Source of the DNA: Candidatus Dormiibacterota bacterium
GTDB taxonomy: Bacteria > Chloroflexota > Dormibacteria > DASZGP01
Direction of reading: 5' to 3'
Assembly (NCBI GenBank): GCA_036741395.1
Contig: DAINSI010000001.1
Coordinates: forward strand, 14,999-78,998
DNA length: 64,000 bases
The translations under genes were made by a program, and so were the position numbers. Position 1 is the first letter of the stretch, and each line of letters opens with the position of its first letter. Positions 51,072 to 60,632 of this stretch are shown in pieces. The notes under the pieces are model-generated. The model was not told the DNA's origin. It searched no databases and saw nothing but the letters and a program-made list of their open reading frames with translations.

Positions 51072-51857
51072 ATGGCGCGGGTGCGGATCTGGAGATCGCT
51101 GCGGGAGCGTGCATCGAACTCATCCGCAGAGATCGACCAGCTCGACAACCTCGCCGCCAACCGCCGGATCTGGAACGAGTATGCGGCGGCCTGGACGCCG
51201 CGGTTCCGAGGCTACGAGGCCGACCACGAGGGTGAGGTTCCGATCGAATATTCCTACCTCGGCGACGAGTGGGGCCACCCCCGGGATGTCGACGACGTGG
51301 TGCGCCAGTTCGTGCTGCCGTACATCGATCCGCAGGCCCGCGTCGCGGAGGTTGGTGCGGGCGGCGGACGGGTGGCCGCCCGCGTGGTCGACCACACCCG
51401 TGAGCTCTGGTGCTTCGACATCTCCGAGAACATGCTCGACCGCGCCCGAGTCGCCCTGGCCGGGAAGTCCCAGGCCCGGTTTGTCCACATCGAGGGGCCA
51501 GGCTTCCCGCCAGAGCTGGCCGGTACCTTCGATTTCATCTATTGCTTCGACGTCATGGTGCACTTTGACCTGCACATGATGTGGCGATATCTGAGCGAGT
51601 TTGCCCGGTTGGTGCGGCCCGGTGGCAGGTTCCTGGTGCACACCGCCAACATCGCGACGAGCGCGGGCTGGGAGCATTTCGCGTCCCAGGAGAAATTCAC
51701 GGTGCCGACGCATTATTTCGTCACCCCCGAGACGGTCCTGACCCTGGCCTCGCACCTGCCGGTGACACTGGTGCACCGGGCCGAGGAGGACCCCGCCAAC
51801 TTCTACCTCGGGCGCGACCTCCTGATGGTCTTCGAGAGAACCGCCGGGCAGGCCTAG
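51072..51857 (+). CDS. Class I SAM-dependent methyltransferase
   Basis: Track ORF 50946-51857 trimmed to the ATG at 51072. Motifs VAEVGAGGGRVA, FDFIYCFDVMVH and VRPGGRFLVHT. Confidence 0.7.
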   Translation: MARVRIWRSLRERASNSSAEIDQLDNLAANRRIWNEYAAAWTPRFRGYEADHEGEVPIEYSYLGDEWGHPRDVDDVVRQFVLPYIDPQARVAEVGAGGGRVAARVVDHTRELWCFDISENMLDRARVALAGKSQARFVHIEGPGFPPELAGTFDFIYCFDVMVHFDLHMMWRYLSEFARLVRPGGRFLVHTANIATSAGWEHFASQEKFTVPTHYFVTPETVLTLASHLPVTLVHRAEEDPANFYLGRDLLMVFERTAGQA

Positions 51858-52849
51858 ATCAGAGGGCGGCGATACCTCAAGCTGCCGTATATCAGCGCCC
51901 CGAATTCCACGGCCTCCGTCAGGGCGCGGTCCGACATCCTGTCCCAGATCTGGGCGGCGCCCCTGCGTTGGTTGGAGTAGTAGAGGCTGATGCCCAAGAT
52001 GACGACGGTCCCCCCAATCCGCCGCCGACCCGACCGCCGGAGGGCCAGGCCGGTCGCGACGGTGCCCATCCCCGCCAGCATCACGACGTGGCGGCGACGC
52101 ACGAAGTAGCCGCGGTAGAAGGAGCGTCGCGCCTCCGGGGTCTGGCGAAATATTCGCGGATAGTGGCGCAGCCGCGCGCTGTAGGCCAGGCGGCCCATCA
52201 GGTTCCGTCGCTGGACCTCGTGCTCCACGACGGCCTCGGGCACAAAGGCCGGCACCGCCCCGTGGCGGATCATCCGCCAGCCCCATTCCACGTCCTCGCC
52301 ATACTGCGCGCCCTTGCGTCCCTGGCTGTTCCAGGCCTCATCGAACGGACCGGCTCGGTCAATCGCCGGGCGCCGCGCGACCAGGTTGCACGTCTCCCAG
52401 CGCCAGGACGGCGGGTCGACGGAAACGGTGTGGTCCAGCAGCCCGACCGGCCCGGAGGGGACCGTCGTCCCCTGTACCAGGTCGGCGTTGCTCAGTCCGC
52501 CCAGCGCCGCGGCGAGCCAGCCGGGCCGAGCGACGCAGTCATCGTCGACAAAGGCGACCGCCTCGCCGTGGCTCACCTCGATCCCGGCATTGCGCGCCGC
52601 ACCCGCACCCCGGGCGGGCGCCAGGACCACGTTCACCCTGCTGTCCGACGCCAGGGTTGCCGCTGCGGCGACATCCTCGGTGGCGGCAGGGTCGCTGACG
52701 GCGATGAGCACTTCCAGGGTCACGCCGGTGGGCAGTTCCTGTCCCAACACCGAGTCGACCGCGCGCGCCAGTTCAGCGGGGCGGCCGAGCGTTGGGATGA
52801 TCACCGAGACCAGCCCGATCGGCGGCCTGGGGATCTTTATGGCCTCCAC
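51854..52849 (-). CDS. GT2-family glycosyltransferase with C-terminal TM segments (tandem paralog 2)
   Basis: 331-aa ORF with a GTG start: VSVIIPTLGRPAELARAVDSVL, ARNAGI, AFVDDDC. Its start abuts the stop of the upstream paralog. Confidence 0.8.
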   Translation of the reverse strand: MEAIKIPRPPIGLVSVIIPTLGRPAELARAVDSVLGQELPTGVTLEVLIAVSDPAATEDVAAAATLASDSRVNVVLAPARGAGAARNAGIEVSHGEAVAFVDDDCVARPGWLAAALGGLSNADLVQGTTVPSGPVGLLDHTVSVDPPSWRWETCNLVARRPAIDRAGPFDEAWNSQGRKGAQYGEDVEWGWRMIRHGAVPAFVPEAVVEHEVQRRNLMGRLAYSARLRHYPRIFRQTPEARRSFYRGYFVRRRHVVMLAGMGTVATGLALRRSGRRRIGGTVVILGISLYYSNQRRGAAQIWDRMSDRALTEAVEFGALIYGSLRYRRPLI

Positions 52850-53836
52850 TCAGACCAGCAGCCGGCGCCAGCGCAGGCTGCCATACACCGAGGCCCCGAG
52901 CTCAACGGCCTCGATCAGGGTGAGCTTGAGGACCGATTCAACCCACGGGATGGCGATGTCCCGGGCCGGCGACAGGTAGGTGGCCGTACCCGCCGCCGTC
53001 AGGGCCGCACCGAGCGCGCGCTGCCGTCGGGACCGCGCCACGGCTCCCGCGCCCACCAGCGCCGCCGATGCCACGACCGCGGCATGACGCCTGCTCAGGA
53101 AATACCGACCAGGGAAATGCCTTCGTGACTCCGGGGCGACCCGAAAAAGCCACGGCAGGTAGCGGGCGCGGGCCTTGTAGCGCAGGTGCCCCGCGCGGCC
53201 GCGCCGGGTGACCTCGTGCTCCACCACGCTCGCCGAGACGAAGGCGGCTCGAGCTCCCGATCGCACCATTCGCCAGCCCCATTCCACGTCCTCGCCAAAA
53301 TGATCGCGCGGATTCCCGGTGGGATACACGGTGTCGTCGAAACCGCCGTAGCGGTCGATGATCTCCCGCCGAGCGACGATGTTGCACGTCTCCCAGAGCC
53401 ACGACGGCGGATCGACCCAGAGGGTGTGGTCATGGCGGCCGACATGGTTGCCCATGGGGGTCGTCCGTCCCTGGACCAGGTCGGCCGAGCGCAGGGCCTC
53501 GAGAGCCGTGGCGAGCCATCCCGGGCGGGCCCGGCAGTCGTCGTCGATGAATGCGATCACCTCGCCTCTCGCCGCGGCGATGCCGGCGTTGCGCGCGGCT
53601 GCCGGCCCGGGCCGTTCCGCCGGGACCACCCTGACGCGGCTGTCGGCAGCCGCCAGCGCTGCAGCCGCCGCCATGTCAGCGCCCACCGCGGGGTCGCTGA
53701 CGCATACCAGCACCTCGATCAGCGAACCTGGCGGGAGCTGCTGTTCCAGGACCGAGCGGACGGCGGTCGCCAGGCCGCCGGGGCGGCGATAGGTCGGCAC
53801 CAGGACCGACACCAACCGGGCTGGCTCCGCCTTCAC
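52850..53836 (-). CDS. GT2-family glycosyltransferase with C-terminal TM segments (tandem paralog 1)
   Basis: 328-aa ORF: VSVLVPTYRRPGGLATAVRSVL, ARNAGI, AFIDDDC. It is colinear in sequence with the 51854-52849 product. Confidence 0.8.
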   Translation of the reverse strand: MKAEPARLVSVLVPTYRRPGGLATAVRSVLEQQLPPGSLIEVLVCVSDPAVGADMAAAAALAAADSRVRVVPAERPGPAAARNAGIAAARGEVIAFIDDDCRARPGWLATALEALRSADLVQGRTTPMGNHVGRHDHTLWVDPPSWLWETCNIVARREIIDRYGGFDDTVYPTGNPRDHFGEDVEWGWRMVRSGARAAFVSASVVEHEVTRRGRAGHLRYKARARYLPWLFRVAPESRRHFPGRYFLSRRHAAVVASAALVGAGAVARSRRQRALGAALTAAGTATYLSPARDIAIPWVESVLKLTLIEAVELGASVYGSLRWRRLLV

Positions 53837-53851
53837 AGCATCGGAGCATAC

Positions 53852-55093
53852 TCACTGACGAAGGGACTGCGCGCGTGCCTCCTCGTCCTCGGCGAGAACG
53901 TCGGTATCGATTCCGTCGACCAGCACCACCCCGCCCAGGTCGGCGGCTCCTGAGGCCCCCTTGGTCGGCTCGATGAAGAACGCTTCCCCGCGGTCGTCGA
54001 GGGCAAGAATCCGCCGGCCGTCATTGCTCAAGACCACGCATCGAGCCCAGTAGGTCCCGCCTCCCAACGCGGGGTCGAACTCGCACGACATCTCCGCCTC
54101 CTGGCCCGCGCGGTAGCGGTGGTACTCGAATGAGATCCGTGAGTGCTTGGCGTAGACGACGTGCCCCGACTGGTCGATGACCTGCATCGCGAACATTGGG
54201 CTCTCGACATCGGTATCGAACCGCACCGAGGCCTCCACCCGCAGGCGTTGGTCGCGGTGCGCGTAATGCATCGGTCCGTGCGGGCCGATCAGTCGCCGCT
54301 CCACGATGGTGGCTCCGCCGGTGTAGATCTTTTCGCCCTCGCTCATGACCCGCTCGAGATTCTCCGAGCGATCGCTGGACAGCAGCTCGTGGTACCTGCC
54401 GATGCCCTCTTCGACGTCGCCATCCGACCTGACCTCGCCGTGGTCCAGCAGCAGGACGCGGTCGGAGATGGCGCGGACGGCGCCGATGGCGTGGCTCACC
54501 ATCACGACCGTCGCGCCCCGGTCCTGGATCTCGCGGATCCGCTCGGTGCACTTCACCTGGAAGGCGATGTCGCCCACCGCCAGCACCTCGTCGACCAGCA
54601 GGATGTCGGGCGACGTGTGCACGGCGACGGCAAAGCCAAGACGGACGAACATCCCCGACGAGTAGAACTTCACCGGTGTGTCGATGAAATCCCAGAGTTC
54701 CGCGAAGTCGACGATCTGGTCGAACCGCTGCCTCACCTCGGTCCGCGTCAGTCCCAGCAGCATGCCGTTGAGCAGCACGTTCTCGCGGCCCGTCATCTCG
54801 GCACGGAATCCCACCCCGACCGAGACCAGCGGCGCCACCCTGCCGACCACGCGGATCCTGCCGTGGGTGGGCTGGGTGATGCCCGCCAGCAGCTTCAGCA
54901 GGGTGGTCTTGCCGGAGCCATTCCGCCCGATCACCCCCAGCGCCTCACCGGCGTGAAGCGTCAGGCTGACGTCGCGGAGCGCCCAGAGCTCGGTCCTGCT
55001 CGAGCGATTCAGCAGCGAGCCGACCAGGGTCGGCGCCTCATCGAGCTTCCAGAAGCGCTTCGAAACCGCGGTCGCGGTGATCGCTTCGCTCAC
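53852..55093 (-). CDS. wzt: Polysaccharide ABC exporter ATP-binding protein (Wzt/TagH type) with a C-terminal extension
   Basis: 413-aa ORF with GVIGRNGSGKTTLLKLL, YSSGMFVRLGFAVA and LLVDEVLAVGD. About 165 extra C-terminal residues have a beta-rich pattern, as in Wzt carbohydrate-binding domains. Confidence 0.85.
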   Translation of the reverse strand: MSEAITATAVSKRFWKLDEAPTLVGSLLNRSSRTELWALRDVSLTLHAGEALGVIGRNGSGKTTLLKLLAGITQPTHGRIRVVGRVAPLVSVGVGFRAEMTGRENVLLNGMLLGLTRTEVRQRFDQIVDFAELWDFIDTPVKFYSSGMFVRLGFAVAVHTSPDILLVDEVLAVGDIAFQVKCTERIREIQDRGATVVMVSHAIGAVRAISDRVLLLDHGEVRSDGDVEEGIGRYHELLSSDRSENLERVMSEGEKIYTGGATIVERRLIGPHGPMHYAHRDQRLRVEASVRFDTDVESPMFAMQVIDQSGHVVYAKHSRISFEYHRYRAGQEAEMSCEFDPALGGGTYWARCVVLSNDGRRILALDDRGEAFFIEPTKGASGAADLGGVVLVDGIDTDVLAEDEEARAQSLRQ

Positions 55094-55947
55094 ATCAGGT
55101 CCGAGACCAGGCGGTCGTGGCGACGGTACAGCTCGAGCGCAAGAGCGGTGATGACCACAACCGTCACCACTGAGACGATCACCGCGCGGGTGATGTCCCC
55201 CTCCCCTCCCATCGCCGCCTGCGTCGCCGCGGGGCCCAGCGTGGCGAGTCGGAAGAGGTCGACCATGCCGGTGACCGGGTTGAAGTCAAAGAGCCCACCC
55301 GGTAGGTGCACCACCCGCGCCGGGTAAATGATCGGCGTCGCGTAGAACCACACCAGCAGGCCCGCCTGGACCATGTAACGAAGGTCGCGCAGGTAGACGT
55401 GGAGCACCGCGATCAGCGCGGAGAGCGAGAGGGTGAAGAGCAGGACGAGGGCACACGCCGGCAGCAGCCAGAGCAACTGCGGTCCCAGCCCCACGCCCAG
55501 CAGAGGAGTGATGATCACCAGGGCGACGATCGACGCCAGGAAACCCACCGCGTTGGTGGCCGTGGGGATGGCCGGCAGGATCAGGCGCGGGAACCAGACC
55601 TTGCCCGTCAGGTCCGCGCCGTCGACGATCGCCGCCGACGCGGTCCCGAAGGTCATCGCGAAGTAATTCCAGGCCAGCACCCCGCTGATGACGTAGACGG
55701 GGTAGTTGAAGTCGCGGCCGCCGAGGTGGGCGATCCTGGCGAAGACCACCGCGATCACCGCCGCCTGGAGGAGCGGTACCGCGAGAGCCCAGAGGATTCC
55801 GAAGGACGCCTGCTTGTAGCGAGCCCGGAAGTCCGTGCGCGACAGTTCATAGGCGACGTCGCGGTAGCGCCAGAGCTCCCGGAGCAGGCTTCCCCACGAT
55901 TGAGGGCGGTTGTCCAGCTCGAGAATCGACGGAGGTGCGGCCACCAA
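55090..55947 (-). CDS. wzm: ABC-2 type polysaccharide exporter permease (Wzm/TagG type)
   Basis: 285-aa ORF with FRARYKQASFGILWALAVPLL and six TM helices. It overlaps the ATPase start by 4 nt. Confidence 0.85.
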   Translation of the reverse strand: MVAAPPSILELDNRPQSWGSLLRELWRYRDVAYELSRTDFRARYKQASFGILWALAVPLLQAAVIAVVFARIAHLGGRDFNYPVYVISGVLAWNYFAMTFGTASAAIVDGADLTGKVWFPRLILPAIPTATNAVGFLASIVALVIITPLLGVGLGPQLLWLLPACALVLLFTLSLSALIAVLHVYLRDLRYMVQAGLLVWFYATPIIYPARVVHLPGGLFDFNPVTGMVDLFRLATLGPAATQAAMGGEGDITRAVIVSVVTVVVITALALELYRRHDRLVSDLM

Positions 55948-55954
55948 ACCCGGC

Positions 55955-56797
55955 CTAGAAGCGGGGCCGGGTCAGGTGGGCCCGGTGCAGGTGCCCACCC
56001 GCGGTCGCGTCGCCCGAGAACACCCAGCTGAGAACCCTGCGGCCCAGCTCACGGCGGGTGTTGTGGTTGATTTCCCTGTTGCCTGCCCATGGGCCCGGTC
56101 GCAGCAGGTATGCGGGCGACGACTCAAGGATCTCGAACCCGGAGACCCAGAGCATGTGACGCAGCCCCGCGTCGCTCGCCATCCACCATTGGAAATCCGC
56201 ACCGGTGGCGCGTAATTCGAACAGCGGGCGCCGGCGCGAGAGCAGGTTGAGCCGCGGATGGACGTAGTCCATCGACAGCATCTGCCCACGGGTCACCCTG
56301 CGCACGGCATCGAGCGCGCGAACCGGGTCGCGAAGGTGCACCAACAGGCTGCCGATGACCACCACGTCGAACTGCCCAATGACGGCCGGGTCGAGGTCGT
56401 AGATGTTGATGTCGCGCCAGGTCACGGATGAGTTGAGGATCTCGTGCAGGAGCTCGAACCCGGCGCGCCGCGGCTGCGACTCGGCGTCACCCGGAGCCTG
56501 TCCGGGGGCGCGCCTGAACTCCGGCGGGTAGTCCAGCTGAGAGAGGTCGGCGACGTCGATGGCAACGACCTCCGCAGCCCCCCGGCGCTCCATCTCATAG
56601 GCGTAGAACCCATCCCAGGTCCCGATGTCCAGGCAGCGCTTACCCCTGACGTCGGGGAATGGGACGATGTCCAGGGAGTGACGCAGGTCCCACCACCCCC
56701 TGGTCGTGGCGCCGGGGACGACGTCGATGGTGTGGTACCAGAGAAGCTCATCGAGGCGCACCTGGATGTCGGCGGTGCTGAGCTGCTGGCGAGCCAT
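55955..56797 (-). CDS. Class I SAM-dependent methyltransferase (WYHT-motif, DUF1698/CmoB-like), paralog of 62031-62846
   Basis: Track ORF trimmed to the ATG at 56797 (MARQQLSTADIQVRLDELLWYHTIDV). CLDIGTWDGFYAYEMERRGAAEVVAID and GSLLVHLRDP are present. Confidence 0.75.
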   Translation of the reverse strand: MARQQLSTADIQVRLDELLWYHTIDVVPGATTRGWWDLRHSLDIVPFPDVRGKRCLDIGTWDGFYAYEMERRGAAEVVAIDVADLSQLDYPPEFRRAPGQAPGDAESQPRRAGFELLHEILNSSVTWRDINIYDLDPAVIGQFDVVVIGSLLVHLRDPVRALDAVRRVTRGQMLSMDYVHPRLNLLSRRRPLFELRATGADFQWWMASDAGLRHMLWVSGFEILESSPAYLLRPGPWAGNREINHNTRRELGRRVLSWVFSGDATAGGHLHRAHLTRPRF

Positions 56798-56802
56798 GGT
56801 CT

Positions 56803-57564
56803 TCACGCCCTTGGGCGGGTGGACCGTGCCAGGACCATGCAGAACTGACCACCATCGCCGGTGGTGCGCTCGAGTTCGAGGTGGCCGGCGTGCAGCGCCA
56901 GAAGCAGGCTGTCGCGGTCGACCGCGGAACCCAGCCATTGAGGCTGCATCGTGCCGCGCGGCGCGCGTCCGGCCAGCTCGGCGAGACGGCGGCGGACCCC
57001 GCGCACCGACGGGTAGGTGTCGCGCAGGTGGACCTCGGGCGCCTCACTCACCTGGAAGAGGGCCCAGCCCCCAGGGCGCAGCACCCGGCCGATCTCGGTG
57101 ATGTAGGCGCAGGTCACCGCGGGGTCGGGGATGTGTTGGAAGACCACGAAGGAGTAGGCCACGTCGAAGCCGGCATCCGCGAACTGACCGAGGTCTCGGC
57201 CGCTGCCCAGCTCCAGCTCGACGTTGCCAACATCCTCCATGGCCTTTCGGCCCAACTCCAGCATCTCCGCGGACACATCGAGGCCGACCACCTCGCCGGC
57301 CCGTCCTGCCAGCGCGCGGGTGATCCGACCGATGCCACAGCCGATCTCCAGGACCCTGTCCGCTGGCTGCAGGGATAGTCCGAAGGGAGCCAGGGTGGCA
57401 TCCAGCGCGGCCTCACCGGAGCGCCAGAACTCGGCCACGTCAGGACTGTTGTAATCAAGGTTCGAATGGATGAACCACATCGGGTTCTCTCGCGCCCGCC
57501 GGTCCCAGAAGGCCCGCATCGCTTCGGTGGAGGCCGCGGACGGCTCCTGAGGCGCCCGTACCAT
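56803..57564 (-). CDS. Class I SAM-dependent methyltransferase
   Basis: Trimmed to the ATG at 57564 (MVRAPQEPS...). Motifs VLEIGCGIGRITRALA, FDVAYSFVVFQH and LRPGGWALFQV. Confidence 0.75.
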   Translation of the reverse strand: MVRAPQEPSAASTEAMRAFWDRRARENPMWFIHSNLDYNSPDVAEFWRSGEAALDATLAPFGLSLQPADRVLEIGCGIGRITRALAGRAGEVVGLDVSAEMLELGRKAMEDVGNVELELGSGRDLGQFADAGFDVAYSFVVFQHIPDPAVTCAYITEIGRVLRPGGWALFQVSEAPEVHLRDTYPSVRGVRRRLAELAGRAPRGTMQPQWLGSAVDRDSLLLALHAGHLELERTTGDGGQFCMVLARSTRPRA

Positions 57565-58864
57565 GGCTGGCGATGCTAGCAGCCGGCCCGCGTTGAACCT
57601 GCTGGTCCTCAGCAACAACTATCCGCCCCACGCAATGGGGGGTTACGAGCTTCTCTGCGCCGAGCACGTGGGCTGGCTGAGACAGCGCGGCCACGATGTC
57701 ACGGTGGTCACCAGCACCTTCGGCCTGACCCCTACCGATCCACCCGAGGTGATCGGTGCGTCGGGTGAGCGGGTGGTGCGTTGCCTCGATTTCCACTGGC
57801 GGGAATACCAGCACCGCCGGCCCAACATGGTGAACGTGTGGGCCGGCGAGCGGACGCAGCGGGAGGCGCTCCAGGAGGTGCTGGGTGAGACGCGCGCGGA
57901 GGCTGCGCTGGCGTGGGGGATGGGCGGGATCTCGAAGTCGATGCTGCAGGTGGTTGACGACGCGGCCATCCCGGTGATCGCCGTCGTTGGCGAGCACTGG
58001 CCGATCTGGGACGTGGATTCCGACACGTGGCTGCGCACCTGGCGCCTGTTGCGCCGGCTGCCCGGTTCCTCGTCCCTGCGCGGGTGGGCCAACCGGACGT
58101 TCGCGCCGACCGACGTCCGGCGGGTGATGGGCCACCTCGTTCCCCTCTATGTCAGTGACGAATTGCGGCGCGCCGTGGAGACGTCGCATCCGGCCTGGGC
58201 GGCGAGGGGAGCGGTCGTTCCCAACGGCATCAGACAGGACCTGTTCGGACGCGAACGACCAGCTGACGCGTCGCTGCACCAGCCGCTCCGCCTGCTGTGC
58301 GCCGGCCGCCTCGAGCGTCGCAAGGGAGCCCACACCCTGGTCGAGGCGCTCCCGGCGATGGTGGCCGCCGGCCTCGACCCCGCGATCTCGTTCGTGGGCT
58401 GGCGCGATGCCTCGTACCAGCGCGAGCTGGCGGCGCGGGCGGACCAGCTCGGCGTTGCGGACCGCATCGACTGGCGGGATAGCGTCCCCCGGGAACGGAT
58501 GGCCGATGTCTACCTGGAGCACGACATCCTGGTCTTCCCGACGATCTGGTCGGAGCCGTTCGGCCTGGTGCCCCTGGAGGCGATGGCGGCCGGGTGCGTG
58601 GTCGTGGCGACGGCCACCGGTGGTTCGGTCGAGTTCCTGCGCGACGGCGAGAACGCGCTGGTCTTCCCGGCGCAGGACGCGGCCGCCCTGGCGGGGCGGG
58701 TGATCGAGCTCGCGGGTGACGCAGCCCTCCTCCGGCGGCTGCGCCAGGGTGGGCGGCAGACCTCCGCGCAGTATTCATTCGAGCGCTACGCGGCGAGGCT
58801 CGAGGAGGAGGTCGAGCGGGTCGCGGCGGGGCGGCCGCCGCCGGACAAGTTGATATCCTGCTGA
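57563..58864 (+). CDS. GT4-family glycosyltransferase
   Basis: 433-aa ORF with LVLSNNYPPHAMGGYELL and a C-terminal FPTIWSEPFGLVPLEAMAAGCVVVAT. Confidence 0.85.
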   Translation: MAGDASSRPALNLLVLSNNYPPHAMGGYELLCAEHVGWLRQRGHDVTVVTSTFGLTPTDPPEVIGASGERVVRCLDFHWREYQHRRPNMVNVWAGERTQREALQEVLGETRAEAALAWGMGGISKSMLQVVDDAAIPVIAVVGEHWPIWDVDSDTWLRTWRLLRRLPGSSSLRGWANRTFAPTDVRRVMGHLVPLYVSDELRRAVETSHPAWAARGAVVPNGIRQDLFGRERPADASLHQPLRLLCAGRLERRKGAHTLVEALPAMVAAGLDPAISFVGWRDASYQRELAARADQLGVADRIDWRDSVPRERMADVYLEHDILVFPTIWSEPFGLVPLEAMAAGCVVVATATGGSVEFLRDGENALVFPAQDAAALAGRVIELAGDAALLRRLRQGGRQTSAQYSFERYAARLEEEVERVAAGRPPPDKLISC

Positions 58865-58868
58865 GGCC

Positions 58869-59660
58869 ATGGCCTCCGTCCCCACGATCATCCTCTGTGG
58901 CGGTCGCGGAACCCGCATCAGTGACGTGAGCCAGACGCTGCCCAAGCCGATGCTGACGGTGGGAGGAAGGCCCATCCTCTGGCACCTCATGAAGCTCTAC
59001 GCGGCCCAGGGGCACAACGATTTCATCCTTGCCCTGGGCTGGCTCGGCGACGAGATCCGCCGGTTCTTCCTGGACTACGCCGCGCTGACCTCCGACTTCA
59101 CCGTGGAGCTGGGGCGCCAGGGGTCGATCTCATACCTCGACGAGCACCCCGACGAGGGCTGGCGGGTCACATGCGTCGAGACCGGGGACGATGCCCTGAC
59201 CGGCACTCGCGTGCGGCGCGCGGCGCGGCGCACCGCGGCGCCCCGCGTCATGGTCACCTACGGCGACGGTGTCGGCGACATCGACCTCGCGAAGCTGCTC
59301 GCCTTCCACGCCGGCCACGGCCGGCTGGCAACGGTCACGGCGGTCAGACCGCCCGGCCGGTTCGGGGAGATCACGTTCGGCGACGACGGGCTGGTGCCGG
59401 AGTTCACCGAGAAGCCCCAGACCAGCTCCGGCGCCGTCAGCGGCGGCTTCATGGTGCTGGAGCGGGAGGCAATCGAGCGGTTCATCCCGGAGGACAGGAA
59501 CGTGATGCTCGAGCGCGAGCCGATGCAGGCGCTGGCGCGCGAGGGTCAGCTGGCGGCATACCAGCACGATGGGTTCTGGCAGCCCATGGACACCCCCCGC
59601 GAGCAGGAGCTGCTCAACTCCCTGTGGGATTCCGGGAAGGCACCCTGGAAGCTCTGGTGA
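58869..59660 (+). CDS. rfbF: Glucose-1-phosphate cytidylyltransferase
   Basis: 263-aa ORF with IILCGGRGTRISDVSQTLPKPMLTVGGRPILWHLMKLY, SGGFMVLE and HDGFWQPMDTPRE. Confidence 0.88.
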   Translation: MASVPTIILCGGRGTRISDVSQTLPKPMLTVGGRPILWHLMKLYAAQGHNDFILALGWLGDEIRRFFLDYAALTSDFTVELGRQGSISYLDEHPDEGWRVTCVETGDDALTGTRVRRAARRTAAPRVMVTYGDGVGDIDLAKLLAFHAGHGRLATVTAVRPPGRFGEITFGDDGLVPEFTEKPQTSSGAVSGGFMVLEREAIERFIPEDRNVMLEREPMQALAREGQLAAYQHDGFWQPMDTPREQELLNSLWDSGKAPWKLW

Positions 59661-60628
59661 GCTTCTGGCGCGACCGCCCGGTGGCCGTCACCGGCGCGAC
59701 CGGGTTCCTCGGATCGCACCTGACACGGCTGCTGGCGGACGCCGGCGCGCAGGTTGTCGTCCTGGTCCGCGACGACGTTGCGCCGACGCCGGTGGTGGAC
59801 GAATGGAAGCCGGTGAGCCGGGTGGAGGGGGATGTTCGCGACGCGGCCCTGATGGAGCGGTTGCTCGGCGAATATGAGGTCGCCTCGGTCTTCCACCTCG
59901 CGGCGCAGACGCAGGTGGCGGTCGCCAACCGCAACCCCGGCTCGACCTTCGACTCCAATGTCCGGGGTACCTGGACCGTGCTCGACGCCTGCCGGCGCTC
60001 ACCCCTGGTCCAGCAGGTCGTGGTGGCCAGCAGCGACAAGGCGTACGGGACGCAGGGGGTCCTGCCCTACAACGAGGAGATGCCGCTCGCGGCGGTGAAT
60101 CCCTATGACCTCTCGAAGGCCTGTGCCGACATGATCTCGATGAGCTTCCACCAGGTTTTCGGTGTGCCCGTCTCGATCACCCGGTGCGGCAACTTCTTTG
60201 GGCCCGGCGACACCAACTGGGCGCGCGTCGTCCCCGGTTCGATCCGTTCGCTGCTGCGTGGCGAGAGTCCGGAGGTGCGATCTGACGGCACCCCGGTGCG
60301 CGACTACCTGCACGTGGAGGACGGCGCCCTGGCCTACCTGCGCCTGGCGGAGGAGATGGCGACCAACCCCGCGGTGGTCGGTCGAGCCTTCAACTTCTCT
60401 GTCGAGCGCCCGCTCAGCGTCCTCGACGTGGTTGGGCTGGTGGCCGCCGCCTGCGGCCGTCCGGACATCGCGCCCCGCGTCCTGGGTACCGCGGCCAACG
60501 AGATCCAGGACCAGTACCTATCGTCCGCCCGTGCCCGCGGCGAACTCGGGTGGGCGCCGCGATACACCATGGAGGAGGCGCTGACCCAGACGGTCGACTG
60601 GTACCGGCGCTACCTCGACGGCGCCTGA
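59657..60628 (+). CDS. rfbG: CDP-glucose 4,6-dehydratase-like SDR
   Basis: The GTG at 59657 overlaps the rfbF stop (GTGA). Motifs are SFWRDRPVAVTGATGFLGSHL and SSDKAYG (YxxxK). At 323 aa it is shorter than I would expect for RfbG. Confidence 0.75.
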   Translation: MSFWRDRPVAVTGATGFLGSHLTRLLADAGAQVVVLVRDDVAPTPVVDEWKPVSRVEGDVRDAALMERLLGEYEVASVFHLAAQTQVAVANRNPGSTFDSNVRGTWTVLDACRRSPLVQQVVVASSDKAYGTQGVLPYNEEMPLAAVNPYDLSKACADMISMSFHQVFGVPVSITRCGNFFGPGDTNWARVVPGSIRSLLRGESPEVRSDGTPVRDYLHVEDGALAYLRLAEEMATNPAVVGRAFNFSVERPLSVLDVVGLVAAACGRPDIAPRVLGTAANEIQDQYLSSARARGELGWAPRYTMEEALTQTVDWYRRYLDGA

Positions 60629-60632
60629 CGGC

